Positions 14,201 to 28,459 of a stretch of 64,000 nucleotides of DNA are shown one piece after another (positions within the stretch are counted from its first letter, which is position 1; each line of letters starts with the position of its first letter). A program made the translations under genes and the position numbers. Under the pieces are notes generated by a model, which was given only the letters and a program-made list of their open reading frames with translations, had not been told where the DNA came from and ran no database searches. The DNA is taken from contig JBHGNT010000026.1 in NCBI GenBank assembly GCA_043228905.1, forward strand, positions 434,001 to 498,000. The letters run 5' to 3'. Source of the DNA: Azolla caroliniana (Eukaryota > Plantae > Polypodiophyta).

Positions 14201-15199
14201 GTACAAACATGCGAATCGAAGCTAACAACGCTAGCTATGATATGGAATTAAAAAATCAAGACTTTGAAACTCAGGTCAAGAGACATGACGAAATTACTAA
14301 ATTTGAGGAGGGAGTTGAGAGGGGCCCTTGAGTAAATTAAAATGGTCATACCTAGCTGGTGTGATATCGGATTTTTGTGTTCAAACATGCGAATCGAAGC
14401 TAACAACGCTAGCTACGACATGGAATAAAAAAAAACAAGATTTTGAAACTCAGGTCAAGAGACATGACGAAATTAGCAAATTTGAGGAGTGAGTTGAGAG
14501 GAGCCCTTGAGTAAATTAAAATGTTCATACATAGCGAGTGTGATATCGGATTTTTGTGTACAAACATGCGAATCGAAGCTAACAATGCTAGCTATGATAT
14601 GGAATTAAAAAATCAAGATTTTGAAACTCAGGTCGAGAGACATGACGAAATTACCAAATTTGAGGAGGGGGTTGAGAGGGGCCCTTGAGTAAATTAAAAT
14701 GGTCATACCTAGCTGGTGTGATATCGGATTTTTGTGTTCAAACATGCGAATCGAAGCTAACAACGCTAGCTATGATATGGAATAAAAAAAACAAGATTTT
14801 GAAACTCAGGTCGAGAGACATGACGAAATTACCAAATTTGAGGAGTGAGTTGAGAGGAGCCCACCTAGCTGGTGTGATATCGGATTTTTGTGTTCAAACA
14901 TGCGAATCGAAGCTAACAACGCTAGCTACGACATGGAATAAAAAAAAACAAGATTTTGAAACTCAGGTCAAGAGACATGACGAAATTAGCAAATTTGAGG
15001 AGTGAGTTGAGAGGAGCCCTTGAGTAAATTAAAATGTTCATACCTAGCTCGTGTGATATCGGATTTTTGTGTACAAACATGCGAATCGAAGCTAACAATG
15101 CTAGCTATGATATGGAATTAAAAAATCAAGATTTTGAAACTCAGGTCGAGAGACATGACGAAATTACCAAATTTGAGGAGGGGGTTGAGAGGGGCCCTT

Positions 15200-18100
15200 G
15201 AGTAAATTAAAATGTTCATACCTAGCTCGTGTGATATCGGATTTTTGTGTTCAAACATGCGAATCGAAGCTAACAACGCTAGCTATGATATGGAATAAAA
15301 AAAACAAGATTTTGAAACTCAGGTCGAGAGACATGACGAAATTACCAAATTTGAGGAGTGAGTTGAGAGGAGCCCTTGAGTAAATTAAAATGGTCATACC
15401 TAGCGAGTGTGATATCGGATTTTTGTGTACAAACATGCGAATCGAAGCTAACAACGCTAGCTATGATATGGAATTAAAAAATCAAGATTTTGAAACTTAC
15501 GTCGAGAGATATGACGAAATTAGCAAATTTGAGGAGTGAGTTGAGAGGAGCCCTTGAGTAAATTAAAATGGTCATACCTAGCGAGTGTGATATCGGATTT
15601 TTGTGTTCAAACATGCGAATCTAAGCTAACAACGCTAGCTATGATATGGAATTAAAAAATCAAGATTTTGAAACTCAGGTCGAGAGACATGACGAAATTA
15701 CCAAATTTGAGGAGCGAGTTAAGAAGAGCTATTAGGTACATTACAATGTTCATACCTGGCTCGTGTGATATCGGTTTTTTGTGTTCAAACATGCGAATCG
15801 AAGCTAACAATGCTAGCTATGATATGGAATTGAAAAATCAAGATTTTGAAACTCAGGTCGAGAGACATGACGAAATTTCCAAATTTCAGGAGGGAGTTGA
15901 GAAGATCTAGTAGGTAAATTATAATGTTCATACCTGGTTCGTGTGATATCGGATTTTTTTGTTCAAACATTCGAATCGAAGCTAACAACGCTAGCTATGA
16001 TATGGAATTACAAAATCAAGATTTTGAAACTCCAGTCGAGAGACATGATGAAATTACCAAATTTGAGGAGTGACGTTGGAAGAGCGCGTGAGTGAATTAA
16101 AATGTTCATACCTGGCTCGTGTGATATCGGATTTTTGTGTTCAAACATGCAAATCGAAGCTAACAACGCTAGCTATGATATGGAATAAAAAAAACAAGAT
16201 TTTGAAACTCAGGTCAAGATACATGACGAAATTAGCAAATTTGAGGAGTGAGTTGAGAGGAGCCCTTGAGTAAATTAAAATGGTCATACCTAGCGAGTGT
16301 GATATCGGATTTTTGTGTACAAACATGCGAATCGAAGCTAACAACGCTAGTTATGATATGGAATTAAAAAATCAAGATTTTGAAACTCAGGTCGAGAGAC
16401 ATGACGAAATTTCCAAATTTCAGGAGGGAGTTGAGAAGAGCTAGTAGGTAAATTATAATGTTCATACCTAGCTCGTGTGATATCGGATTTTTGTGTTCAA
16501 ACATGCGAATCGAAGCTAACAACGCTAGCTATGATATGGAATTAAAAAATCAAGATTTTGAAACTCAGGTCGAGAGACATGACGAAATTTCCAAATTTCA
16601 GGAGGGAGTTGAGAAGAGCTAGTAGGTAAATTATAATGTTCATACCTAGCTCGTGTTATATCGGATTTTTGTGTTCAAACATGCGAATCGAAGCTAACAA
16701 CGCTAGCTATGATATAGAATTATAAAATAAAGATTTTGAAACTCAGGTCGAGAGACATGACGAAATTACCAAATTTGAGGAGTGAGTTGAGAGGAGCCCT
16801 TGAGTAAATTAAAATGGTCATACCTAGCGAGTGTGATATCGGATTTTTGTGTACAAACATGCGAATCGAAGCTAACAACGCTAGCTATGATATGGAATTA
16901 AAAAATCAAGATTTTGAAACTTACGTCGAGAGATATGACGAAATTAGCAAATTTGAGGAGTGAGTTGAGAGGAGCCCTTGAGTAAATTAAAATGGTCATA
17001 CCTAGCGAGTGTGATATCGGATTTTTGTGTTCAAACATGCGAATCGAAGCTAAAAACGCTAGCTATGATATGGAATTAAAAAATCAAGATTTTGAAACTC
17101 AGGTCGAGAGACATGACGAAATTACCAAATTTGAGGAGTGAGTTAAGAAGAGCTATTAGGTAAATTATAATGTTCATACCTGGCTCGTGTGATATCGGAT
17201 TTCTGTGTTCAAACATGCGAATCGAAGCTAATAACGCTAGCTATGATATGGAATTAAAAAATCAATATTTTGAAACTCAGGTCGAGAGACATGACGAAAT
17301 TAGCAAATTTGAGGAGTGAGTTGAGATGAGCCCTTGAGTAAATTAAAATGTTCATACATAGCGAGTGTGATATCGGATTTTTGTGTACAAACATGCGAAT
17401 CGAAGCTAACAACGCTAGCTATGATATGGAATTAAAAAATCAATATTTTGAAACTTACGTCGAGAGATATGACGAAATTAGCAAATTTGAGGAGTGAGTT
17501 GAGAGGAGCCCTTGAGTAAATTAAAATGGTCATACCTAGCGAGTGTGATATCGGATTTTTGTGTTCAAACTTGCGAATCTAAGCTAACAACGCTAGCTAT
17601 GATATGGAATTAAAAAATCAAGATTTTGAAACTCAGGTCGAGAGACATGACGAAATTACCAAATTTGAGGAGCGAGTTAAGAAGAGCTATTAGGTACATT
17701 ACAATGTTCATACCTGGCTCGTGTGATATCGGTTTTTTGTGTTCAAACATGCGAATCTAAGCTAACAACGCTAGCTATGATATGGAATTAAAAAATCAAG
17801 ATTTTGAAACTCAGGTCGAGAGACATGACGAAATTACCAAATTTGAGGAGCGAGTTAAGAAGAGCTATTAGGTACATTACAATGTTCATACCTGGCTCGT
17901 GTGATATCGGTTTTTTGTGTTCAAACATGCGAATCGAAGCTAACAATGCTAGCTATGATATGGAATTGAAAAATCAAGATTTTGAAACTCAGGTCGAGAG
18001 ACATGACGAAATTTCCAAATTTCAGGAGGGAGTTGAGAAGAGCTAGTAGGTAAATTATAATGTTCATACCTGGTTCGTGTGATATCGGATTTTTTTGTTC

Positions 18101-19860
18101 AAACATTCGAATCGAAGCTAACAACGCTAGCTATGATATGGAATTACAAAATCAGGATTTTGAAACTCCAGTCGAGAGACATGATGAAATTACCAAATTT
18201 GAGGAGTGACGTTGGAAGAGCGCGTGAGTGAATTAAAATGTTCATACCTGGCTCGTGTGATATCGGATTTTTGTGTTCAAACATGCAAATCGAAGCTAAC
18301 AACGCTAGCTATGATATGGAATAAAAAAAACAAGATTTTGAAACTCAGGTCAAGATACATGACGAAATTAGCAAATTTGAGGAGTGAGTTGAGAGGAGCC
18401 CTTGAGTAAATTAAAATGGTCATACCTAGCGAGTGTGATATCGGATTTTTGTGTACAAACATGCGAATCGAAGCTAACAACGCTAGTTATGATATGGAAT
18501 TAAAAAATCAAGATTTTGAAACTCAGGTCGAGAGACATGACGAAATTTCCAAATTTCAGGAGGGAGTTGAGAAGAGCTAGTAGGTAAATTATAATGTTCA
18601 TACCTAGCTCGTGTGATATCGGATTTTTGTGTTCAAACATGCGAATCGAAGCTAACAACGCTAGCTATGATATGGAATAAAAAAAACAAGATTTTGAAAC
18701 TCAGGTCGAGAGACATGACGAAATTACCAAATTTGAGGAGTGAGTTGAGAGGAGCCCTTGAGTAAATTAAAATGGTCATACCTAGCGAGTGTGATATCGG
18801 ATTTTTGTGTACAAACATGCGAATCGAAGCTAACAACGCTAGCTATGATATGGAATTAAAAAATCAAGATTTTGAAACTTACGTCGAGAGATATGACGAA
18901 ATTAGCAAATTTGAGGAGTGAGTTGAGAGGAGCCCTTGAGTAAATTAAAATGGTCATACCTAGCGAGTGTGATATCGGATTTTTGTGTTCAAACATGCGA
19001 ATCTAAGCTAACAACGCTAGCTATGATATGGAATTAAAAAATCAAGATTTTGAAACTCAGGTCGAGAGACATGACGAAATTACCAAATTTGAGGAGCGAG
19101 TTAAGAAGAGCTATTAGGTACATTACAATGTTCATACCTGGCTCGTGTGATATCGGTTTTTTGTGTTCAAACATGCGAATCGAAGCTAACAATGCTAGCT
19201 ATGATATGGAATTGAAAAATCAAGATTTTGAAACTCAGGTCGAGAGACATGACGAAATTTCCAAATTTCAGGAGGGAGTTGAGAAGAGCTAGTAGGTAAA
19301 TTATAATGTTCATACCTGGTTCGTGTGATATCGGATTTTTTTGTTCAAACATTCGAATCGAAGCTAACAACGCTAGCTATGATATGGAATTACAAAATCA
19401 AGATTTTGAAACTCCAGTCGAGAGACATGATGAAATTACCAAATTTGAGGAGTGACGTTGGAAGAGCGCGTGAGTGAATTAAAATGTTCATACCTGGCTC
19501 GTGTGATATCGGATTTTTGTGTTCAAACATGCAAATCGAAGCTAACAACGCTAGCTATGATATGGAATAAAAAAAACAAGATTTTGAAACTCAGGTCAAG
19601 ATACATGACGAAATTAGCAAATTTGAGGAGTGAGTTGAGAGGAGCCCTTGAGTAAATTAAAATGGTCATACCTAGCGAGTGTGATATCGGATTTTTGTGT
19701 ACAAACATGCGAATCGAAGCTAACAACGCTAGCTATGATATGGAATTAAAAAATCAAGATTTTGAAACTCAGGTCGAGAGACATGACGAAATTTCCAAAT
19801 TTCAGGAGGGAGTTGAGAAGAGCTAGTAGGTAAATTATAATGTTCATACCTAGCTCGTGT
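15200..19860. repeat. Three copies of a variant block at 12-monomer (2136 bp) and 7-monomer (1246 bp) offsets
   Basis: The shared variants gaattgaaaaatc and gtcaagatac recur. ORF starts are 15668/17804/19050 and 16070/18206/19452. Confidence 0.8.
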
Positions 19861-20929
19861 TATATCGGATTTTTGTGTTCAAACATGCGAATCGAAGCTA
19901 ACAACGCTAGCTATGATATAGAATTAAAAAATAAAGATTTTGAAACTCAGGTCGAGAGACATGACGAAATTACCAAATTTGAGGAGTGAGTTGAGAGGAG
20001 CCCTTGAGTAAATTAAAATGGTCATACCTAGCGAGTGTGATATCGGATTTTTGTGTACAAACATGCGAATCGAAGCTAACAACGCTAGCTATGATATGGA
20101 ATTAAAAAATCAAGATTTTGAAACTTACGTCGAGAGATATGACGAAATTAGCAAATTTGAGGAGTGAGTTGAGAGGAGCCCTTGAGTAAATTAAAATGGT
20201 CATACCTAGCGAGTGTGATATCGGATTTTTGTGTACAAACATGCGAATCGAAGCTAACAACGCTAGCTATGATATGGAATTACAAAATGAAGATTTTGAA
20301 ACTCAGGTCGAGAGACATGACGAAATTACCAAATTTGAGGAGGGAGTTGAGAGGGGCCCTTGAGTAAATTAAAATGTTCATACCTAGCGAGTGTGATATC
20401 GGATTTTTGTGTTCAAACATGCGAATCGAAGCTAACAATGCTAGCTATGATAGGGAATTAAAAAATCAAGATTTTGAAACTCAGGTCGAGAGACATGACG
20501 AAATTTCCAAATTTCAGGAGGGAGTTGAGAAGAGCTAGTAGGTAAATTATAATGTTCATACCTGGTTCGTGTGATATCGGATTTTTGTGTTCAAACATGC
20601 GAATCGAAGCTAAAAACGCTAGCTATGATATGGAATTAAAAAATCAAGATTTTGCAACTCAAGTCGAGAGACATGAAGAAATTACCAAATTTGAGGAGTG
20701 AGGTTGGAAGAGCGCGTGAGTGAATTAAAATGTTCATACCTGGCTCGTGTGATATCGGATTTTTGTGTTCAAACATGCGAATCGAAGCTAACAACGCTAG
20801 CTATGATATGGAATAAAAAAAACAAGATTTTGAAACTCAGGTCAAGAGACATGACGAAAATACCAAATTTCAGGAGGGAGTTGAGAGGAGCCCTTGAGTA
20901 AATTAAAATGTTCATACCTAGCGAGTGTG

Positions 20930-23900
20930 ATATCGCACTTTTGTGTACAAACATGCGAATCGAAGCTAACAACGCTAGCTATGATATGGAATTAAAAAAT
21001 CAAGATTTTGAAACTCAGGTCGAGAGACATGACGAAATTACCAAATTTGAGGAGTGAGTTGAGAGGAGCCCTTGAATAATTTAAAATGGTCATACCTAGC
21101 GAGTGTGATATCGGATTTTTGTGTACAAACATGCGAATCGAAGCTAACAACGCTAGCTATGATATGGAATTAAAAAATCAAGAGTTTGAAACTCAGATCG
21201 AGAGACATGACGAAATTTCCAAATTTCAGGAGGGAGTTGAGAAGAGCTAGGAGGTAAATTATAATGTTCATACCTGGTTCGTGTGATATCGGATTTTTGT
21301 GTTCAAACATTCGAATCGAAGCTAACAACGCTAGCTATGATATGGAATTACAAAATCAAGATTTTGAAACTCCAGTCGAGAGACATGATGAAATTTCCAA
21401 ATTTGAGGAGTGACGTTGGAAGAGCGCGTGAGTGAATTAAAATGTTCATACCTGGCTCGTGTGATATCGGATTTTTGTGTTCAAACATGCGAATCGAAGC
21501 TAACAACACTAGCTATGATATGGAATTACAAAATGAAAATTTTGAAACTCAGGTCGAGAGACATGACGAAATTACCAAATTTGAGGAGGGAGTTGAGAGG
21601 GGCCCTTGAGTAAATTAAAATGTTCATACCTAGCGAGTGTGATATCGGATTTTTATGTTCAAACATGCGAATCGAAGCTAACAACGCTAGCTATGATATG
21701 GAATTACAAAATGAAGATTTTGAAACTCAGGTCGAGAGACATGACGAAATTACCAAATTTGAGGAGGGAGTTGAGAGGGGCCCTTGAGTAAATTAAAATG
21801 TTCATACCTAGCGAGTGTGATATCGGATTTTTGTGTTCAAACATGCGAATCGAAGCTAACAATGCTAGCTATGATATGGAATTAAAAAATCAAGATTTTG
21901 AAACTCAGGTCGAGAGACATGACGAAATTTCCAAATTTCAGGAGGGAGTTGAGAAGAGCTAGTAGGTAAATTATAATGTTCATACCTGGTTCGTGTGATA
22001 TCGGATTATTGTGTTCAAACATGCGAATCGAAGCTAAAAACGCTAGCTATGTTATGGAATAAAAAAAACAAGATTTTGAAACTCAGGTCAAGAGACATGA
22101 CGAAATTAGCAAATTTGAGGAGTGAGTTGAGAGGAGCCCTTGAGTAAATTAAAATGTTCATACCTAGCGAGTGTGATATCGGCTTTTTGTGTACAAACAT
22201 GCGAATCGAAGCTAACAACGCTAGCTATGATATGGAATTAAAAAATCAAGACTTTGAAACTTACGTCGAGAGATATGACGAAATTAGCAAATTTGAGGAG
22301 GGAGTTGAGAGGAGCCCTTGAGTAAATTAAAATGGTCATACCTAGCGAGTGTGATATCGGATTTTTGTGTACAAACATGCGAATCGAAGCTAACAACGCT
22401 AGCTATGATATGGAATTACAAAATGAAGATTTTGAAACTCAGGTCGAGAGACATGACGAAATTACCAAATTTGAGGAGGGAGTTGAGAGGGGCCCTTGAG
22501 TAAATTAAAATGTTCATACCTAGCGAGTGTGATATCGGATTTTTGTGTTCAAACATGCGAATCGAAGCTAACAATGCTAGCTATGATATGGAATTAAAAA
22601 ATCAAGATTTTGAAACTCAGGTCGAGAGACATGACGAAATTTCCAAATTTCAGGAGGGAGTTGAGAAGAGCTAGTAGGTAAATTATAATGTTCATACCTG
22701 GTTCGTGTGATATCGGATTTTTGTGTTCAAACATGCGAATCGAAGCTAAAAACGCTAGCTATGATATGGAATTAAAAAATCAAGATTTTGCAACTCAAGT
22801 CGAGAGACATGAAGAAATTACCAAATTTGAGGAGTGAGGTTGGAAGAGCGCGTGAGTGAATTAAAATGTTCATACCTGGCTCGTGTGATATCGGATTTTT
22901 GTGTTCAAACATGCGAATCGAAGCTAACAACGCTAGCTATGATATGGAATTACAAAATGAAGATTTTGAAACTCAGGTCGAGAGACATGACGAAATTACC
23001 AAATTTCAGGAGGGAGTTGAGAGGAGCCCTTGAGTAAATTAAAATGTTCATACCTAGCGAGTGTGATATCGCACTTTTGTGTACAAACATGCGAATCGAA
23101 GCTAACAACGCTAGCTATGATATGGAATTAAAAAATCAAGACTTTGAAACTCAGGTCAAGAGACATGACGAAATTACTAAATTTGAGGAGGGAGTTGAGA
23201 GGGGCCCTTGAGTAAATTAAAATGTTCATACCTGGCTCGTGTGATATCGGATTTTTGTGTTCAAACATGCGAATCGAAGCTAACAACGCTAGCTATGATA
23301 TGGAATAAAAAAAACAAGATTTTGAAACTCAGGTCGAGAGACATGACGAAATTACCAAATTTGAGGAGTGAGTTGAGAGGAGCCCTTGAGTAAATTAAAA
23401 TGGTCATACCTAGCGAGTGTGATATCGGCTTTTTGTGTACAAACATGCGAATCGAAGCTAACAACGCTAGCTATGATATGGAATTACAAAATGAAGATTT
23501 TGAAACTCAGGTCGAGAGACATGACGAAATTACCAAATTTGAGGAGGGAGTTGAGAGGGGCCCTTGAGTAAATTAAAATGTTCATACCTAACGAGTGTGA
23601 TATCGGATTTTTGTGTTCAAACATGCGAATCGAAGCTAACAATGCTAGCTATGATAGGGAATTAAAAAATCAAGATTTTGAAACTCAGGTCGAGAGACAT
23701 GACGAAATTTCCAAATTTCAGGAGGGAGTTGAGAAGAGCTAGTAGGTAAATTATAATGTTCATACCTGGTTCGTGTGATATCGGATTTTTGTGTTCAAAC
23801 ATGCGAATCGAAGCTAAAAACGCTAGCTATGATATGGAATTAAAAAATCAAGATTTTGCAACTCAAGTCGAGAGACATGAAGAAATTACCAAATTTGAGG

Positions 23901-26900
23901 AGTGAGGTTGGAAGAGCGCGTGAGTGAATTAAAATGTTCATACCTGGCTCGTGTGATATCGGATTTTTGTGTTCAAACATGCGAATCGAAGCTAACAACG
24001 CTAGCTATGATATGGAATAAAAAAAACAAGATTTTGAAACTCAGGTCAAGAGACATGACGAAAATACCAAATTTGAGGAGGGAGTTGAGAGGAGCCCTTG
24101 AGTAAATTAAAATGTTCATACCTAGTGAGTGTGATATCGCACTTTTGTGTACAAACATGCGAATCGAAGCTAACAACGCTAGCTATGATATGGAATTAAA
24201 AAATCAAGATTTTGAAACTCAGGTCGAGAGACATGACGAAATTACCAAATTTGAGGAGTGAGTTGAGAGGAGCCCTTGAATAATTTAAAATGGTCATACC
24301 TAGCGAGTGTGATATCGGATTTTTGTGTACAAACATGCGAATCGAAGCTAACAACGCTAGCTATGATATGGAATTAAAAAATCAAGAGTTTGAAACTCAG
24401 ATCGAGAGACATGACGAAATTTCCAAATTTCAGGAGGGAGTTGAGAAGAGCTAGGAGGTAAATTATAATGTTCATACCTGGTTCGTGTGATATCGGATTT
24501 TTGTGTTCAAACATTCGAATCGAAGCTAACAACGCTAGCTATGATATGGAATTACAAAATCAAGATTTTGAAACTCCAGTCGAGAGACATGATGAAATTT
24601 CCAAATTTGAGGAGTGACGTTGGAAGAGCGCGTGAGTGAATTAAAATGTTCATACCTGGCTCGTGTGATATCGGATTTTTGTGTTCAAACATGCGAATCG
24701 AAGCTAACAACACTAGCTATGATATGGAATTACAAAATGAAAATTTTGAAACTCAGGTCGAGAGACATGACGAAATTACCAAATTTGAGGAGGGAGTTGA
24801 GAGGGGCCCTTGAGTAAATTAAAATGTTCATACCTAGCGAGTGTGATATCGGATTTTTATGTTCAAACATGCGAATCGAAGCTAACAACGCTAGCTATGA
24901 TATGGAATTACAAAATGAAGATTTTGAAACTCAGGTCGAGAGACATGACGAAATTACCAAATTTGAGGAGGGAGTTGAGAGGGGCCCTTGAGTAAATTAA
25001 AATGTTCATACCTAGCGAGTGTGATATCGGATTTTTGTGTTCAAACATGCGAATCGAAGCTAACAATGCTAGCTATGATATGGAATTAAAAAATCAAGAT
25101 TTTGAAACTCAGGTCGAGAGACATGACGAAATTTCCAAATTTCAGGAGGGAGTTGAGAAGAGCTAGTAGGTAAATTATAATGTTCATACCTGGTTCGTGT
25201 GATATCGGATTATTGTGTTCAAACATGCGAATCGAAGCTAAAAACGCTAGCTATGTTATGGAATAAAAAAAACAAGATTTTGAAACTCAGGTCAAGAGAC
25301 ATGACGAAATTAGCAAATTTGAGGAGTGAGTTGAGAGGAGCCCTTGAGTAAATTAAAATGTTCATACCTAGCGAGTGTGATATCGGCTTTTTGTGTACAA
25401 ACATGCGAATCGAAGCTAACAACGCTAGCTATGATATGGAATTAAAAAATCAAGACTTTGAAACTTACGTCGAGAGATATGACGAAATTAGCAAATTTGA
25501 GGAGGGAGTTGAGAGGAGCCCTTGAGTAAATTAAAATGGTCATACCTAGCGAGTGTGATATCGGATTTTTGTGTACAAACATGCGAATCGAAGCTAACAA
25601 CGCTAGCTATGATATGGAATTACAAAATGAAGATTTTGAAACTCAGGTCGAGAGACATGACGAAATTACCAAATTTGAGGAGGGAGTTGAGAGGGGCCCT
25701 TGAGTAAATTAAAATGTTCATACCTAGCGAGTGTGATATCGGATTTTTGTGTTCAAACATGCGAATCGAAGCTAACAATGCTAGCTATGATATGGAATTA
25801 AAAAATCAAGATTTTGAAACTCAGGTCGAGAGACATGACGAAATTTCCAAATTTCAGGAGGGAGTTGAGAAGAGCTAGTAGGTAAATTATAATGTTCATA
25901 CCTGGTTCGTGTGATATCGGATTTTTGTGTTCAAACATGCGAATCGAAGCTAAAAACGCTAGCTATGATATGGAATTAAAAAATCAAGATTTTGCAACTC
26001 AAGTCGAGAGACATGAAGAAATTACCAAATTTGAGGAGTGAGGTTGGAAGAGCGCGTGAGTGAATTAAAATGTTCATACCTGGCTCGTGTGATATCGGAT
26101 TTTTGTGTTCAAACATGCGAATCGAAGCTAACAACGCTAGCTATGATATGGAATTACAAAATGAAGATTTTGAAACTCAGGTCGAGAGACATGACGAAAT
26201 TACCAAATTTCAGGAGGGAGTTGAGAGGAGCCCTTGAGTAAATTAAAATGTTCATACCTAGCGAGTGTGATATCGCACTTTTGTGTACAAACATGCGAAT
26301 CGAAGCTAACAACGCTAGCTATGATATGGAATTAAAAAATCAAGACTTTGAAACTCAGGTCAAGAGACATGACGAAATTACTAAATTTGAGGAGGGAGTT
26401 GAGAGGGGCCCTTGAGTAAATTAAAATGTTCATACCTGGCTCGTGTGATATCGGATTTTTGTGTTCAAACATGCGAATCGAAGCTAACAACGCTAGCTAT
26501 GATATGGAATAAAAAAAACAAGATTTTGAAACTCAGGTCGAGAGACATGACGAAATTACCAAATTTGAGGAGTGAGTTGAGAGGAGCCCTTGAGTAAATT
26601 AAAATGGTCATACCTAGCGAGTGTGATATCGGCTTTTTGTGTACAAACATGCGAATCGAAGCTAACAACGCTAGCTATGATATGGAATTACAAAATGAAG
26701 ATTTTGAAACTCAGGTCGAGAGACATGACGAAATTACCAAATTTGAGGAGGGAGTTGAGAGGGGCCCTTGAGTAAATTAAAATGTTCATACCTAACGAGT
26801 GTGATATCGGATTTTTGTGTTCAAACATGCGAATCGAAGCTAACAATGCTAGCTATGATAGGGAATTAAAAAATCAAGATTTTGAAACTCAGGTCGAGAG

Positions 26901-28459
26901 ACATGACGAAATTTCCAAATTTCAGGAGGGAGTTGAGAAGAGCTAGTAGGTAAATTATAATGTTCATACCTGGTTCGTGTGATATCGGATTTTTGTGTTC
27001 AAACATGCGAATCGAAGCTAAAAACGCTAGCTATGATATGGAATTAAAAAATCAAGATTTTGCAACTCAAGTCGAGAGACATGAAGAAATTACCAAATTT
27101 GAGGAGTGAGGTTGGAAGAGCGCGTGAGTGAATTAAAATGTTCATACCTGGCTCGTGTGATATCGGATTTTTGTGTTCAAACATGCGAATCGAAGCTAAC
27201 AACGCTAGCTATGATATGGAATAAAAAAAACAAGATTTTGAAACTCAGGTCAAGAGACATGACGAAAATACCAAATTTGAGGAGGGAGTTGAGAGGAGCC
27301 CTTGAGTAAATTAAAATGTTCATACCTAGTGAGTGTGATATCGCACTTTTGTGTACAAACATGCGAATCGAAGCTAACAACGCTAGCTATGATATGGAAT
27401 TAAAAAATCAAGATTTTGAAACTCAGGTCGAGAGACATGACGAAATTACCAAATTTGAGGAGTGAGTTGAGAGGAGCCCTTGAATAATTTAAAATGGTCA
27501 TACCTAGCGAGTGTGATATCGGATTTTTGTGTACAAACATGCGAATCGAAGCTAACAACGCTAGCTATGATATGGAATTAAAAAATCAAGAGTTTGAAAC
27601 TCAGATCGAGAGACATGACGAAATTTCCAAATTTCAGGAGGGAGTTGAGAAGAGCTAGGAGGTAAATTATAATGTTCATACCTGGTTCGTGTGATATCGG
27701 ATTTTTGTGTTCAAACATTCGAATCGAAGCTAACAACGCTAGCTATGATATGGAATTACAAAATCAAGATTTTGAAACTCCAGTCGAGAGACATGATGAA
27801 ATTTCCAAATTTGAGGAGTGACGTTGGAAGAGCGCGTGAGTGAATTAAAATGTTCATACCTGGCTCGTGTGATATCGGATTTTTGTGTTCAAACATGCGA
27901 ATCGAAGCTAACAACACTAGCTATGATATGGAATTACAAAATGAAAATTTTGAAACTCAGGTCGAGAGACATGACGAAATTACCAAATTTGAGGAGGGAG
28001 TTGAGAGGGGCCCTTGAGTAAATTAAAATGTTCATACCTAGCGAGTGTGATATCGGATTTTTATGTTCAAACATGCGAATCGAAGCTAACAACGCTAGCT
28101 ATGATATGGAATTACAAAATGAAGATTTTGAAACTCAGGTCGAGAGACATGACGAAATTACCAAATTTGAGGAGGGAGTTGAGAGGGGCCCTTGAGTAAA
28201 TTAAAATGTTCATACCTAGCGAGTGTGATATCGGATTTTTGTGTTCAAACATGCGAATCGAAGCTAACAATGCTAGCTATGATATGGAATTAAAAAATCA
28301 AGATTTTGAAACTCAGGTCGAGAGACATGACGAAATTTCCAAATTTCAGGAGGGAGTTGAGAAGAGCTAGTAGGTAAATTATAATGTTCATACCTGGTTC
28401 GTGTGATATCGGATTATTGTGTTCAAACATGCGAATCGAAGCTAAAAACGCTAGCTATG
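20930..28459. repeat. 18-monomer HOR (3204 bp), about 2.35 near-identical copies
   Basis: ORF pairs are exactly 3204 bp apart (21410/24614/27818, 21606/24810/28014, 22834/26038, 23386/26590). Private variants include ctcagatcg, ctaggagg, tttttatgttc, ggattattg and cctaacgag. Confidence 0.93.
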
